NCBI GenBank assembly: GCA_902613615.1
Contig: CACMHQ010000003.1
Span: forward strand, 128,115 to 192,114
Reading direction: 5' to 3'
DNA: 64,000 nt
Source of the DNA: an uncultured Candidatus Actinomarina sp.
GTDB lineage: Bacteria > Actinomycetota > Acidimicrobiia > Actinomarinales > Actinomarinaceae
This document shows, one piece after another, positions 30,796-40,149 of this stretch (its first letter is position 1; each line of letters opens with the position of its first letter). The notes beneath the pieces were generated by a model. It saw nothing but the letters and a program-made list of their open reading frames with translations. It was not told the origin of the DNA and did not search any database. Position numbers and translations under genes: made by a program.

Positions 30796-32643
30796 ATGCA
30801 GACTTTAAATATTTTTTTTTCGAATAAAAATTCTCACAAATATTTTAATTTAATCTTTTTAGTTGGATTCTTTTTTTTATTAAATAATTTTGGTTTCAAT
30901 GAAACAAATCTTAAAAGCTCTTACTTATTATTGCTTGGTTTTTATCTATTTTGTACGTTTATAAAATATGGAAACTACCTTTTTTTCTCAATAAATATTG
31001 TTTTCTTTATCTATATGGGAATTTATAACCAGTATGATTTTTCTTTATTCTTTTTTCAGATTCTTTTTTTATCTCTCTACATCTCTGATAAAGAGCTACT
31101 ACCTTCAAGCTGGAAAATTTCAGAATTTGAATTAAATTGGATTTTTGAATTAGTACCTGTTGCAATTATATTTATATTTACTCTTTTATCCCAAAATAAC
31201 TTTTTACAATATGAAATCCTTGATCACGATATAAGCACTTTTTTATTAATTTCCCAGGAGTTTTTTGATGGTTTTCTTCCATATGAGAGACAATGGGACA
31301 ACAAACAACCATTATTTTATTTCTTAAATTACATAATTTTACTAATTACAAACAAAAATTTTTTACTATTTAAAGTAGTATTTGATATTTTTACGTTTCT
31401 AAATGCTTTAGTTATTTATTTTTTTGCTAATAGGAAATTAAGAAAAAGCTATCTTGTTTCGATTGTCTCATCTTTATTATATTTACTTATCTCAAGTCAA
31501 CCTTGGGCTAATGCAGAATACAGTGAAATTATGAGTTTGACTTTTCTATCTATTGGGTTCTATTTAAGTTTTAGTAAGAGAAGTAAGTACATTTTCTATC
31601 TCGTAGGATTTTTCTTTTCTCTTTCAACTTTAATCAATATTGGGAGTGGAATATTTCTTGTTGGATTTATATTTACGCTATATTTAAATTTTAAAAAAAA
31701 TTACATAGAAGCATTTTTTAAATTTTTTTTGGGCTTTGGTATTTCACACTTACTAGTGGCAATAATATATTCATTAAACGGATTATTTGAAGTATATTTA
31801 ACTACAATTTTCAAAATACCAATTTCTTATACAACAACTGATAGTTATTTTTTTTATGGTCTCAGAGTTTTTATAGAATCGATTTTTAAAACAAATATTT
31901 TTTTATGCCTTTTATTTCTTGTACCACTTTTCAACCTCTTAAATATATTTTTTAAATTAGCTTTAAACAGTTTTAAAGACAGTATCAATCTTTCTTTATT
32001 ATTATTTGTATTTTGTTCAGTACTATTTTTTTATTCAGGAAACAAAGGATATTATCATCATTTAATCTATCTTATTTTCTTTGTCTCAATTTCTTTGGCC
32101 TTGGTTTTCTCAAGTAATTTAAAAGTAGTTCTATTTACTAGTTTTTTAGTAGTTTTATTTACCCACTTTCCAAATTATGCAACAAATTCATATTCAAACT
32201 TATCAGAGTACAATCAAATTTACGAAGAATATCCTTTACGAAATCTTTCAGAACAACTATTGGAAGAAGTAAACAATAAGGATCTTTCTATTCTTGCATT
32301 AGATAATTTACTTATTCTTTTTTATCTTGAACAAAATAATGATATATACATAGTTCATCCTACAAATCACAATGAATATTTTATGATTGATAATTTTATC
32401 AATGGAAATATTATAAAAGCTAATTACATTGAACAGTCCCTGCAAAATAATATAGATTTAGTTATTTGTTCTACCAATAAAGAGGAGAATCTTTATTACG
32501 AGATAAACGATCAGAATTTTTTATGTACGGAAAGCTTCTTGATTACGGGGAGAGATCTTAATATAAGCCAAGATATTTTTGACAAAAGTGAATATTATTA
32601 CAATTCAAATAAAATAAGTAAGATTTTTAAAATGAACAAATAA
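30796..32643 (+). CDS. GT-C fold membrane glycosyltransferase-like protein; paralogue of 21028..22728
   Basis: See the 21028..22728 entry. The similarity is collinear across both the membrane domain and the C-terminal soluble domain. Confidence 0.55.
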   Translation: MQTLNIFFSNKNSHKYFNLIFLVGFFFLLNNFGFNETNLKSSYLLLLGFYLFCTFIKYGNYLFFSINIVFFIYMGIYNQYDFSLFFFQILFLSLYISDKELLPSSWKISEFELNWIFELVPVAIIFIFTLLSQNNFLQYEILDHDISTFLLISQEFFDGFLPYERQWDNKQPLFYFLNYIILLITNKNFLLFKVVFDIFTFLNALVIYFFANRKLRKSYLVSIVSSLLYLLISSQPWANAEYSEIMSLTFLSIGFYLSFSKRSKYIFYLVGFFFSLSTLINIGSGIFLVGFIFTLYLNFKKNYIEAFFKFFLGFGISHLLVAIIYSLNGLFEVYLTTIFKIPISYTTTDSYFFYGLRVFIESIFKTNIFLCLLFLVPLFNLLNIFFKLALNSFKDSINLSLLLFVFCSVLFFYSGNKGYYHHLIYLIFFVSISLALVFSSNLKVVLFTSFLVVLFTHFPNYATNSYSNLSEYNQIYEEYPLRNLSEQLLEEVNNKDLSILALDNLLILFYLEQNNDIYIVHPTNHNEYFMIDNFINGNIIKANYIEQSLQNNIDLVICSTNKEENLYYEINDQNFLCTESFLITGRDLNISQDIFDKSEYYYNSNKISKIFKMNK

Positions 32644-32776
32644 CTTCCTAAAAAAAACCAAAAAAAAGGAAAAATTTCATCGCAAAGAATATAAATTATT
32701 GATCATTAATGCAACCATTTAAAATTGATAAGTTATTTGATGTTTTTATCATAGTCTTGAAGTTTGGCAGAAATAA

Positions 32777-34102
32777 ATGTTAGATTTAAATAATATGGTC
32801 AACTCTGTAAAAACCTACTTATCACTAAATGTGATTACGATATTTCTTTCAATATTTTTTGGTTATTTCTTATTTAATAGTCAATTTGTAGAACCAGATT
32901 ATTATGTATGCACACGGATTGTTGAGCAGACCTTTCAATTATTTAATGAACCAATCAGTTTTAATTTTCCATACAGTTGTGATGAAAATGAATATTTTTT
33001 GGGCTTTAAGGATTTTAGTTTTATCATATTCAACGACCACTCTTATCAACAAAGGCCTCTTTATATACTTATAGTTTTTATATTTAATGAAATCTTCTCA
33101 CCGATATATAATTTTTTAGGATTTGATCAAAAACTAGGTATTTATAGTTCTATAATCTTTATTCACTCAATTATTCTAAACTTATCTTTGATTCTTATTT
33201 TAAAAATAGCAAACTTTAAACGATTGAAATATTACGATCTTTTCTTTATATCATTAATAAATTTTTTACAACCTATGGCAAAGTGGGGAATATTTGAACC
33301 ATCAGTTCAAATGTTAACCTTGTTACAAATTGTTTTGCCAATTTACCTTGTAAAAAATAGAAATATTTTAGATTTTAAAGTGTCTTTGTTTTACGGGTTA
33401 TTGTTTATGTACAACAGAGCATCGTTTGTTAGTTATGTTATATATGTATTCTTTTTGTATTTGAAAAATAAGAAATTTAATTTTTTAAATTTTCTAAAAA
33501 ATATAGTGATCTTTTTAATTCCTTTTAGCTTTTATAGGTTATTTTTTGTGATAAATAATTTAAAGACTTTTGATACAAATACTGAGACATATCAACAATT
33601 TTCTTGGATAGTTGATTACTTTACAGGCGGTAATAGAAAATATGGAGAATATTTCTGTCACAGAATACCAGGTTTTATTAAATGTTACCTAGAAGGCACA
33701 TTAGATCTTTTTAGTTATTTACTTATACCTTTACTAATTTCTCTATTGTGTCTGTACTTTTTATTTAAAAATAATAAAAATTTATTTTATCTAATTTTGA
33801 TTTCGACCTTTATCGTTTATTCATTTTGGTCACTAATTGGATGGTATCTTCTCAGATTCATTTATTACAGCATAGGAAATGCCATAACTGTATTATTGAT
33901 TCTTGGTTATTTTTATCTGAATTCTAATTTTTTTAGTAAATTTCTTTATTCGTTACCATTGATTATTTACTTCATATATTTAACAATGTGGAACAATCCT
34001 GACCCGTCCTCATACATAGATAACGATATATTGATAACATCCGTTATAACAATTTTGATATATGTTTTTTATAAATTTAAATTATTAAAAGAAAAGATAT
34101 AG
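32777..34102 (+). CDS. Polytopic membrane protein, unknown family
   Basis: 441 aa with more than 10 hydrophobic helices. No recognisable motif. Located in the glycan island. Confidence 0.45.
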   Translation: MLDLNNMVNSVKTYLSLNVITIFLSIFFGYFLFNSQFVEPDYYVCTRIVEQTFQLFNEPISFNFPYSCDENEYFLGFKDFSFIIFNDHSYQQRPLYILIVFIFNEIFSPIYNFLGFDQKLGIYSSIIFIHSIILNLSLILILKIANFKRLKYYDLFFISLINFLQPMAKWGIFEPSVQMLTLLQIVLPIYLVKNRNILDFKVSLFYGLLFMYNRASFVSYVIYVFFLYLKNKKFNFLNFLKNIVIFLIPFSFYRLFFVINNLKTFDTNTETYQQFSWIVDYFTGGNRKYGEYFCHRIPGFIKCYLEGTLDLFSYLLIPLLISLLCLYFLFKNNKNLFYLILISTFIVYSFWSLIGWYLLRFIYYSIGNAITVLLILGYFYLNSNFFSKFLYSLPLIIYFIYLTMWNNPDPSSYIDNDILITSVITILIYVFYKFKLLKEKI

Positions 34103-34418
34103 TAAATTTATTTAATCTCTATTACTTACATTTACAAAATAGAGACTTGAAAATAGAAAAAACATGAACATCAAAATGTTGATATAAGGTGTATTTTGTA
34201 TTCGTAAAACTTTGACAGGTTCAAATCCATCATTTAATAAATTGTTGAAAGATTTAATATCTATTGAATATACAACGAGACTGTTTTTTCAAAATTAATT
34301 TTTGAGTTACTTAAGTCATATTAAGTATTTTAATAATTTTTTTTCTCTCTTCTTAAGGTTAAGGTAAAGAACTTTTATATATAATTTAAATATTCAAATA
34401 TTAAATTAGTATTGTCAT

Positions 34419-36056
34419 GTGGTTAAAGTAAAAAAATCTCTTTTAGATAAATTCTTATTTATCGGTGTTTTATTTTCAACTTTATTTACATATTTATTAG
34501 GAGATATATTTTACAATTCTGTTAAAAGCCCTGATTTTTACAGATATTCAAAATATTTTAAATACTTCTTTGGAGATGTTAGTAGTGTTGAGCTTGAACA
34601 AGGCTTGATTTATTACTATTTAAACTCTCTAATTATTTCAACTCGCTATAAATCTTTAAACAATTTTTATTTTGAAGAAGTTATAAGCCAAAGTATTCAA
34701 TTTACAAACTTTAGTATTTACCTTGTAGCTTTGTGTGGAGTGTACAAACTTTTATCTATTAGAAATGTAGAAAAAAAACATATATATTTTATATTGATAA
34801 TTATAAATTTTTTCCCTCCTCTTTTAGCTCTGAGACTAATTTTTAAGCCGGAGATATTAATTTTGACCTTATTTATATGGTCCTTGGTAACACTTGAATT
34901 GAACAAACTTTCTCAAAATACTAAATATTTATTTTATTTTGTACTTATTTTTTCTCTTCTTTCATCAATAAAGGCTACAGGAACACTTATAGCTGGTCTA
35001 ACATTGCTTTTTTTATATTTTGATGTTTTTAAAAAAATAGATATTAAGTTTTTTATTTTATTATTTTTTATTTATTTGTCATTTCTCGCATTAATAAGCT
35101 ATGAAAATTTTTTAGCAAACGGCTTACTTTTTTTTGAACATAAAACAACTGAAAACTACCTATACAATGCCGAAAAAAGTTTTATATATAATTTCGATTT
35201 TCAATTATTTTTAGATCAACCTAAAAGACATAGTCAAAATGATTCATTAATCGGAATAGTGCTTTTAGAAACCTTTGATGATTATTTCACAATTTATTGG
35301 AATAACGATACAAGCTTATTTTTTCAAGACAGGATTAATATTTTGCATCCGTATTCTAGACAGTATTTTTCAGTTCTATTAACGATTACTTTTTATTTTT
35401 TAATATTTTATAAATCACTTAAATCAACACAGAATAGGAAATTTGTAATATCCCCGTTAATTGGATTAATTATTATGTTATTAATATCACTGTTTATTCA
35501 ATTTGACCCAAACACAGGTGATATGATGAAAAATTATTATTACTCATTTCTATTATTAATTTCGTTTATTTTTATTTTGATTGAACTTTTACCAAGTTTT
35601 AAAGATCCACTAAATTTACTTTTTTCTATCCTATTTGTATTTTCGAGTTTATTTCTAATAGGCTTTCCCAAAGTGCAAACTGAAAACTTTGAAATTAAAT
35701 ATACTCAAAACCTATCAACAGCATATTATTGTGAACTTTACACTAACGTTTCAAGTACTAAAAATAACTGTTACAAGCCTGAAATAGATTTTTGTGAATT
35801 TCACTTTTTAGAAAAAGAAAAAGTCTTACCCGTTAATGGTGAGCTAATTCAATCAAAAGTTGAAAATAAGATTGCATTACTAAAAAACACTAAACCCCAT
35901 TTAGGAACTTATGAAAGCTGCATTAAGGATTTAAACACAACATTGAGCTTGAATAAAAGCAATTACAAAATTCACAACACACCATATGTAAATATAATTT
36001 TTTATATTACATTTATTTTTTTAACAATTGATTTGTTCTTAAAGAAACAAAGTTAA
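34419..36056 (+). CDS. Polytopic membrane protein with a C-terminal Cys-containing soluble domain (GT-C-like)
   Basis: GTG start. About 12 helices, followed by a roughly 130-aa tail with 5 Cys and a final helix. The architecture resembles a GT-C enzyme, but no signature was recognised. Confidence 0.45.
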   Translation: MVKVKKSLLDKFLFIGVLFSTLFTYLLGDIFYNSVKSPDFYRYSKYFKYFFGDVSSVELEQGLIYYYLNSLIISTRYKSLNNFYFEEVISQSIQFTNFSIYLVALCGVYKLLSIRNVEKKHIYFILIIINFFPPLLALRLIFKPEILILTLFIWSLVTLELNKLSQNTKYLFYFVLIFSLLSSIKATGTLIAGLTLLFLYFDVFKKIDIKFFILLFFIYLSFLALISYENFLANGLLFFEHKTTENYLYNAEKSFIYNFDFQLFLDQPKRHSQNDSLIGIVLLETFDDYFTIYWNNDTSLFFQDRINILHPYSRQYFSVLLTITFYFLIFYKSLKSTQNRKFVISPLIGLIIMLLISLFIQFDPNTGDMMKNYYYSFLLLISFIFILIELLPSFKDPLNLLFSILFVFSSLFLIGFPKVQTENFEIKYTQNLSTAYYCELYTNVSSTKNNCYKPEIDFCEFHFLEKEKVLPVNGELIQSKVENKIALLKNTKPHLGTYESCIKDLNTTLSLNKSNYKIHNTPYVNIIFYITFIFLTIDLFLKKQS

Positions 36057-36162
36057 AATTATATTTCCTAATATTTAATATTTAATCTTGATTTTCTACA
36101 TTCAATTGTTTTCCTGTAATTATCATCTCACCAAGTAGTATTATCTGTACGCTAATTAATTA

Positions 36163-37449
36163 CTAAGGCAAAACAATTGGCGGATTGTATCCATAAAAAA
36201 TTATTATATATGGAGGCAGTGCAATGCTGTATATAAAATCAGTTAAGCCCAAAATGATTTCATTTAAAGATCTGACATCCAACACCTTCATATCTCTAAA
36301 TAAATGGGATGGTATGTTTACAAAAATATTTATAAAAACTGGAAATAAAAATAGAATGTTTAACTTTTTATTAATTACTTTTTGATTATTTGATAATAAG
36401 CTATTGATTAAGAAAGTAAGAAATATTAACAAAAGCCATCGACCCCAATCTTGAGCAATAAAGAATAATCCAAAATATGGAGAAATTAGTAGTAAATATT
36501 GTAAAAACTTATCTCTATCCATTTCAACTACAAAAAATAGAGATATAAAGAAAATCAAAAATACTAAGACCCAGTTTGAGAAATTATTGTAATAATTAAT
36601 ACCCTGAGCTATTTCACTAAATCCACGATTAATTGATTCAAAATCTCTATTTAGCCACTGTGGATAACCCCAGCAATCTTTTTCTGTTTGGAGAGTATTG
36701 TTATTATTAACAGTATTAATTGATGAACATAGTTTTTCAAAATTAGATACATATCTAAATACAGTCAGTAAAAGAATGTTTAGTGGAAGTAAGAAGAAAG
36801 CTGAAGCATATTTAAACTTCTGTATGTCAAAACCATCTTTTTCTTTAAGAACATAATAAAAAGTGAAAACAAGAAATATGTATATCCCATAGTTTAGAAT
36901 TAATAAAGCAGCAAGAATCGTAAACACTGTTAAGTTAACCTTTTTTCTTTTACCCAAATAAATAAAAAAGTTTAAATAAAATAAATCTCTTCTAGCAAAA
37001 AGGAAGTCAATATTTTGAACGAAATATAGTAAGCCAAAAGGGTTAAACAGTACAAATGCTCTGAATAAAATATGTTTGTCCTTTATTAAAAATAAAATAT
37101 TTAAAACAATGTGATAAAAAGATATTATTCCTATTGCAAAAATTACATATTTTGGGTTAATACCAAATTTATTTAATTGGAAGAGTATCTCACCTGTAAA
37201 ACCTCTTTTAACTAAGCCTCCTTGATAATTAACAAGCCATTCATTGTATGTCCATCCGTTAACAAATTTATAAAAAAAATCAGGTACGAATATGTATGAA
37301 AAGGATACTCCAACAGTTAAAGTTAAAAAAAACGCCAAATCTAGTTTAAAATATTCTTTATATTTTTTTGATAGTGAACTTAGTCCAATATGAATTAGAG
37401 TCAAAGCACCAACTAATTGTGACAACAAAAGTATGTTGGAGTTCTTCAT
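36163..37449 (-). CDS. Polytopic membrane protein, paralogue of 14075..15262
   Basis: It shares the WxYxExLxNYxGxxVxRGxxGEI and DWGRW blocks with the 14075..15262 product. This is the last gene before the att repeat array. Confidence 0.5.
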   Translation of the reverse strand: MKNSNILLLSQLVGALTLIHIGLSSLSKKYKEYFKLDLAFFLTLTVGVSFSYIFVPDFFYKFVNGWTYNEWLVNYQGGLVKRGFTGEILFQLNKFGINPKYVIFAIGIISFYHIVLNILFLIKDKHILFRAFVLFNPFGLLYFVQNIDFLFARRDLFYLNFFIYLGKRKKVNLTVFTILAALLILNYGIYIFLVFTFYYVLKEKDGFDIQKFKYASAFFLLPLNILLLTVFRYVSNFEKLCSSINTVNNNNTLQTEKDCWGYPQWLNRDFESINRGFSEIAQGINYYNNFSNWVLVFLIFFISLFFVVEMDRDKFLQYLLLISPYFGLFFIAQDWGRWLLLIFLTFLINSLLSNNQKVINKKLNILFLFPVFINIFVNIPSHLFRDMKVLDVRSLNEIILGLTDFIYSIALPPYIIIFYGYNPPIVLP

Positions 37450-37537
37450 TTTTTATTATTATACAATGCCATGTTAACTTTTATACAAAATGAGGGATTG
37501 AGTGGTTTTTTACAGTGTATATTCCTGAAAAACCCTT

Positions 37538-37585
37538 GTGGGCGCTACAGGATTTGAACCTGTGACTTCTTCCTTGTAAGGGAAG
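37538..37585 (-). repeat. att remnant 3: a 48-bp copy of the 3' half of tRNA-Val (anticodon stem to discriminator)
   Basis: GTGGGCGCTACAGGATTTGAACCTGTGACTTCTTCCTTGTAAGGGAAG is identical to 46711-46758. It is flanked by TCCTGAAAAACCCTTG on the left and AACGATTA on the right, and these flanks are shared with the other remnants but not with the tRNA. Confidence 0.9.
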
Positions 37586-37597
37586 AACGATTATATT

Positions 37598-39034
37598 TTA
37601 TTTGTCTTTTGATTGATTTAATTTGTAGGGATTAGGTGATGGTGGACACCCTGGAGGACATTTAGGCTGAACGGTTCTTGTTTGACCAGGAATAATTACA
37701 GATGTTCCAGCATCAACAAACGCAACAGACCATCCCCAGTTTTCTGGATCTTCTATAACTAGTTGCGTATTTGAATTAACACCAAAACCTTCATAATATT
37801 GATACATATATCCCATACCTTTTCGTTTATTGATAAAGCCTGCCTCTCGTTTGTCTCCATTATTCTCTGTAAAAATAAATTTTAAATTAACAGGAGACCC
37901 ATTGGTTACAACTACAAAGTCAACTTTTGAGTTATCAGAGAAAGGTAAATCAAGTGTTGTATTGCCATGTCCATGTTGGTTAAATATATAATTATCTGTT
38001 TGAAACCCAAGGTCTGTGGATAGTATTTCTTGTTTTGGATCCAGGCTAGCGTCTCTTTCGTCACCATAAAAGACTACATCCAGATACTCTCCTCCAAATG
38101 GATGTTCTTCTGGTCCGATATACCAACCCATCGAACTTGGAAGTCCTCTTCCCCTCGCCCAGTCGTTACCATAACTTGTACTCTCCCAACCTTCTTTTGG
38201 ATTTCTGTATAAATTTGAGAACTGTTCAACGATTTCTTCAGTAAAAATTGCTGGTGCCATTTCTTGTTCTTTACTTGTACCTCTTTTCTCCATAAGGGCA
38301 AATGCAATATGACTTGAGCCCTGCATGGTTCCAACCATCTCTTCTAGTGTTGGAACGTACATATATCCCAAAATGTCACCTTTTTTAACAACTTGACCAT
38401 TTTCTACTAGAATATAATCTCTAAAGAAGTTTTCATCTTCTTTAATAACATATCCTTCCATCTGATACAGAAAGCTCACAACATTACCATTGTTTTGTGC
38501 AAATTTTAATTTCAGTAAGTAAGCAGAATGCCACCAGGGAGGGTCTGAGTCTGAATGGTCCACAACGTTATAATATGACCCATTTCCTTGTGCCAGCTCA
38601 ATAATTCCATCTGCTACTGCGTATAGTGGTGGAAAATCCGATGGTTTTGTTGCCTCTCTCCATCTTGGATCTGTATTTGAAAAATAAACTTGCGCATCAT
38701 TATGTGGCCTTGGTGAGCGTTTACCTACATAAGGATGTCCTGCAATAATGTCTTCGAAATCAACAAAAAATCTATCACTTTTATTAGTTATAAACTCTTT
38801 TATGTCTGGGAGTGTTTGTATTGTCAATCCGCTGCTTTGACTCTGGTTCCCAGATTCTTGACTAGATGAGGAGTTAGATTGTTCATTAGAATCGGTCTCC
38901 TTGGATTCTTGAGAACTTTTTTCACTTACCTCTTCTTGTGATAATTCCTGATCTTGCTGAGACTGTGTAGAAGTAGATTCCGGTAAGCCTCCACAAAAAG
39001 AAATTAATAGAAAAAGAATTATAACTTTCTTCAT
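37598..39034 (-). CDS. Secreted lipoprotein with a Ser/Gln/Glu-rich linker, function unknown
   Basis: Signal plus lipobox-like MKKVIILFLLISFCGG, then about 60 aa of low-complexity S/Q/E linker, a globular domain, and a C-terminal CPPGCPPSP. A weak M23-like block (GDILGYMYVP...SSHIAFAL) lacks the catalytic His/Asp set. Confidence 0.6.
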   Translation of the reverse strand: MKKVIILFLLISFCGGLPESTSTQSQQDQELSQEEVSEKSSQESKETDSNEQSNSSSSQESGNQSQSSGLTIQTLPDIKEFITNKSDRFFVDFEDIIAGHPYVGKRSPRPHNDAQVYFSNTDPRWREATKPSDFPPLYAVADGIIELAQGNGSYYNVVDHSDSDPPWWHSAYLLKLKFAQNNGNVVSFLYQMEGYVIKEDENFFRDYILVENGQVVKKGDILGYMYVPTLEEMVGTMQGSSHIAFALMEKRGTSKEQEMAPAIFTEEIVEQFSNLYRNPKEGWESTSYGNDWARGRGLPSSMGWYIGPEEHPFGGEYLDVVFYGDERDASLDPKQEILSTDLGFQTDNYIFNQHGHGNTTLDLPFSDNSKVDFVVVTNGSPVNLKFIFTENNGDKREAGFINKRKGMGYMYQYYEGFGVNSNTQLVIEDPENWGWSVAFVDAGTSVIIPGQTRTVQPKCPPGCPPSPNPYKLNQSKDK

Positions 39035-39098
39035 ATAATTTTATTTTATTGAAAATGTAATTGAATTGCAGGGGTCAAGTGAGTAATTTACCCAGCAA

Positions 39099-39878
39099 TT
39101 AATTATTTTTACAATACTCGCTACTGCTGCCATCATTCCCAGAGGGTGGTAAATTTCTAACTATTTCTTCGTCATTAGGAGTTAACCAATCAAACCAACA
39201 AACTGCATGTTTGGCAATTTCATATCCAAACGATTTTACTAATTCTGAAGTTTTGCTTGCCTCATTTTCTTTTCTATAGTCATATATACCAAAATCTACG
39301 AATACATTATTTAGTATTCCAACTTCGGTAGCTATCACTTCACCTTTTAAAAACTCTACATTTTCTAGATTTGTTGTTCTTGTTTCCCCTTCTTTTGGAG
39401 CGGGAAGATTATCTGCAATTTCTTGTAATTTTGGAGATAATACTAGTAAGTGGTCAAGCCTAAATTTCACATTACAAGCTGTATTAAATTCAAACATATA
39501 CTGAACTTGTCCTTCAACAACATATCTACTACCAAGTACTAAAAAACTATCAATTGGGATCTTCACTGTAATCTTGTTGTTGTTATCACCTAAGCCATCA
39601 AATCTAAATCCACCGTGTGGTTTAAAATAATTAGCTCTGATTTGTCCTGGATATAAAATTGAAGTAACCAAATTTAGATCAACAGGAGTATCAAACAATA
39701 ACTTTTCGGGGCAATCATTATTTATTGACTGTGTATCAGTCGTAGATATAGTTGTCGTATCTTCGTCTCTTGTGGTTGTTGAAGTTGTAGATGTAGCTGT
39801 CGTTATTAACGGTTCAATTGTTTGATCGGACCCACCACAAAATGAAAAAAACATAATTACAACAGCTATTTTTTTCAT
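39099..39878 (-). CDS. Secreted lipoprotein with a Thr/Ser-rich linker, function unknown
   Basis: MKKIAVVIMFFSFCGG carries the same SFCGG lipobox context as its neighbour. It is followed by a T/S-rich linker and then a globular domain. Confidence 0.6.
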   Translation of the reverse strand: MKKIAVVIMFFSFCGGSDQTIEPLITTATSTTSTTTRDEDTTTISTTDTQSINNDCPEKLLFDTPVDLNLVTSILYPGQIRANYFKPHGGFRFDGLGDNNNKITVKIPIDSFLVLGSRYVVEGQVQYMFEFNTACNVKFRLDHLLVLSPKLQEIADNLPAPKEGETRTTNLENVEFLKGEVIATEVGILNNVFVDFGIYDYRKENEASKTSELVKSFGYEIAKHAVCWFDWLTPNDEEIVRNLPPSGNDGSSSEYCKNN

Positions 39879-39898
39879 AGTGTCATTTTATTAAAAAT

Positions 39899-39917
39899 GT
39901 TCGGTTTTTGTTCGGTT
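39899..39917 (+). repeat. GTTCGGTTTTTGTTCGGTT motif (lipoprotein island, att-proximal arm)
   Basis: A variant of the GTGCGG repeat, ending 38 bp before att remnant 2. Confidence 0.45.
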
Positions 39918-39955
39918 GAGCTACATATATATGTAAAGATTTCTGAAAAACCGTT

Positions 39956-40003
39956 GTGGGCGCTACAGGATTTGAACCTGTGACTTCTTCCTTGTAAGGA
40001 AAG
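39956..40003 (-). repeat. att remnant 2: a 48-bp copy of the tRNA-Val 3' half (1 mismatch)
   Basis: Same 48-mer as 46711-46758 with G>A at 40001. Flanks are TTCTGAAAAACCGTTG (left) and AACCATTA (right). Confidence 0.9.
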
Positions 40004-40118
40004 AACCATTAAATACTAGGTAGTATCACAAAGTATCAATTTATAAAGTCAATGAACTTAACCTCTTTTAAAAAGATATCAGAAGTTATCAGACAGTATC
40101 TACAGTTATAGAAAAAAT

Positions 40119-40139
40119 GTGCGGTTTTTGTGCGGTTTT
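40119..40139 (+). repeat. GTGCGGTTTTTGTGCGGTTTT motif (mini-island, att-distal arm)
   Basis: An exact 21-mer is also present at 40683-40703, and a variant GTTCGGTTTTTGTTCGGTT at 39899-39917. It has the same 11-bp internal periodicity and the same distance from the att core (~116 bp) as the GTGGGGG motif of the 6-kb element (~119 bp). Confidence 0.5.
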
Positions 40140-40149
40140 ATGTTGTTCT

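Noticed and set aside
1733-38334. Assorted short ORFs nested in or antisense to longer genes (1733..1915, 5547..5903, 7104..7325, 17267..17467, 19823..20017, 26562..26780, 30367..30558, 34718..34906, 38030..38212, 38074..38334).
   Set aside because: Each lies wholly within a longer, motif-supported CDS on the opposite strand or in another frame. There is no independent support for any of them.
37598-39034. An M23/LytM peptidase assignment for the 478-aa lipoprotein.
   Set aside because: Only a loose G-D-I-L-G...S-S-H-I-A-F block is present. The HxxxD and HxH zinc ligands are not recognisable, so I left its function unknown.
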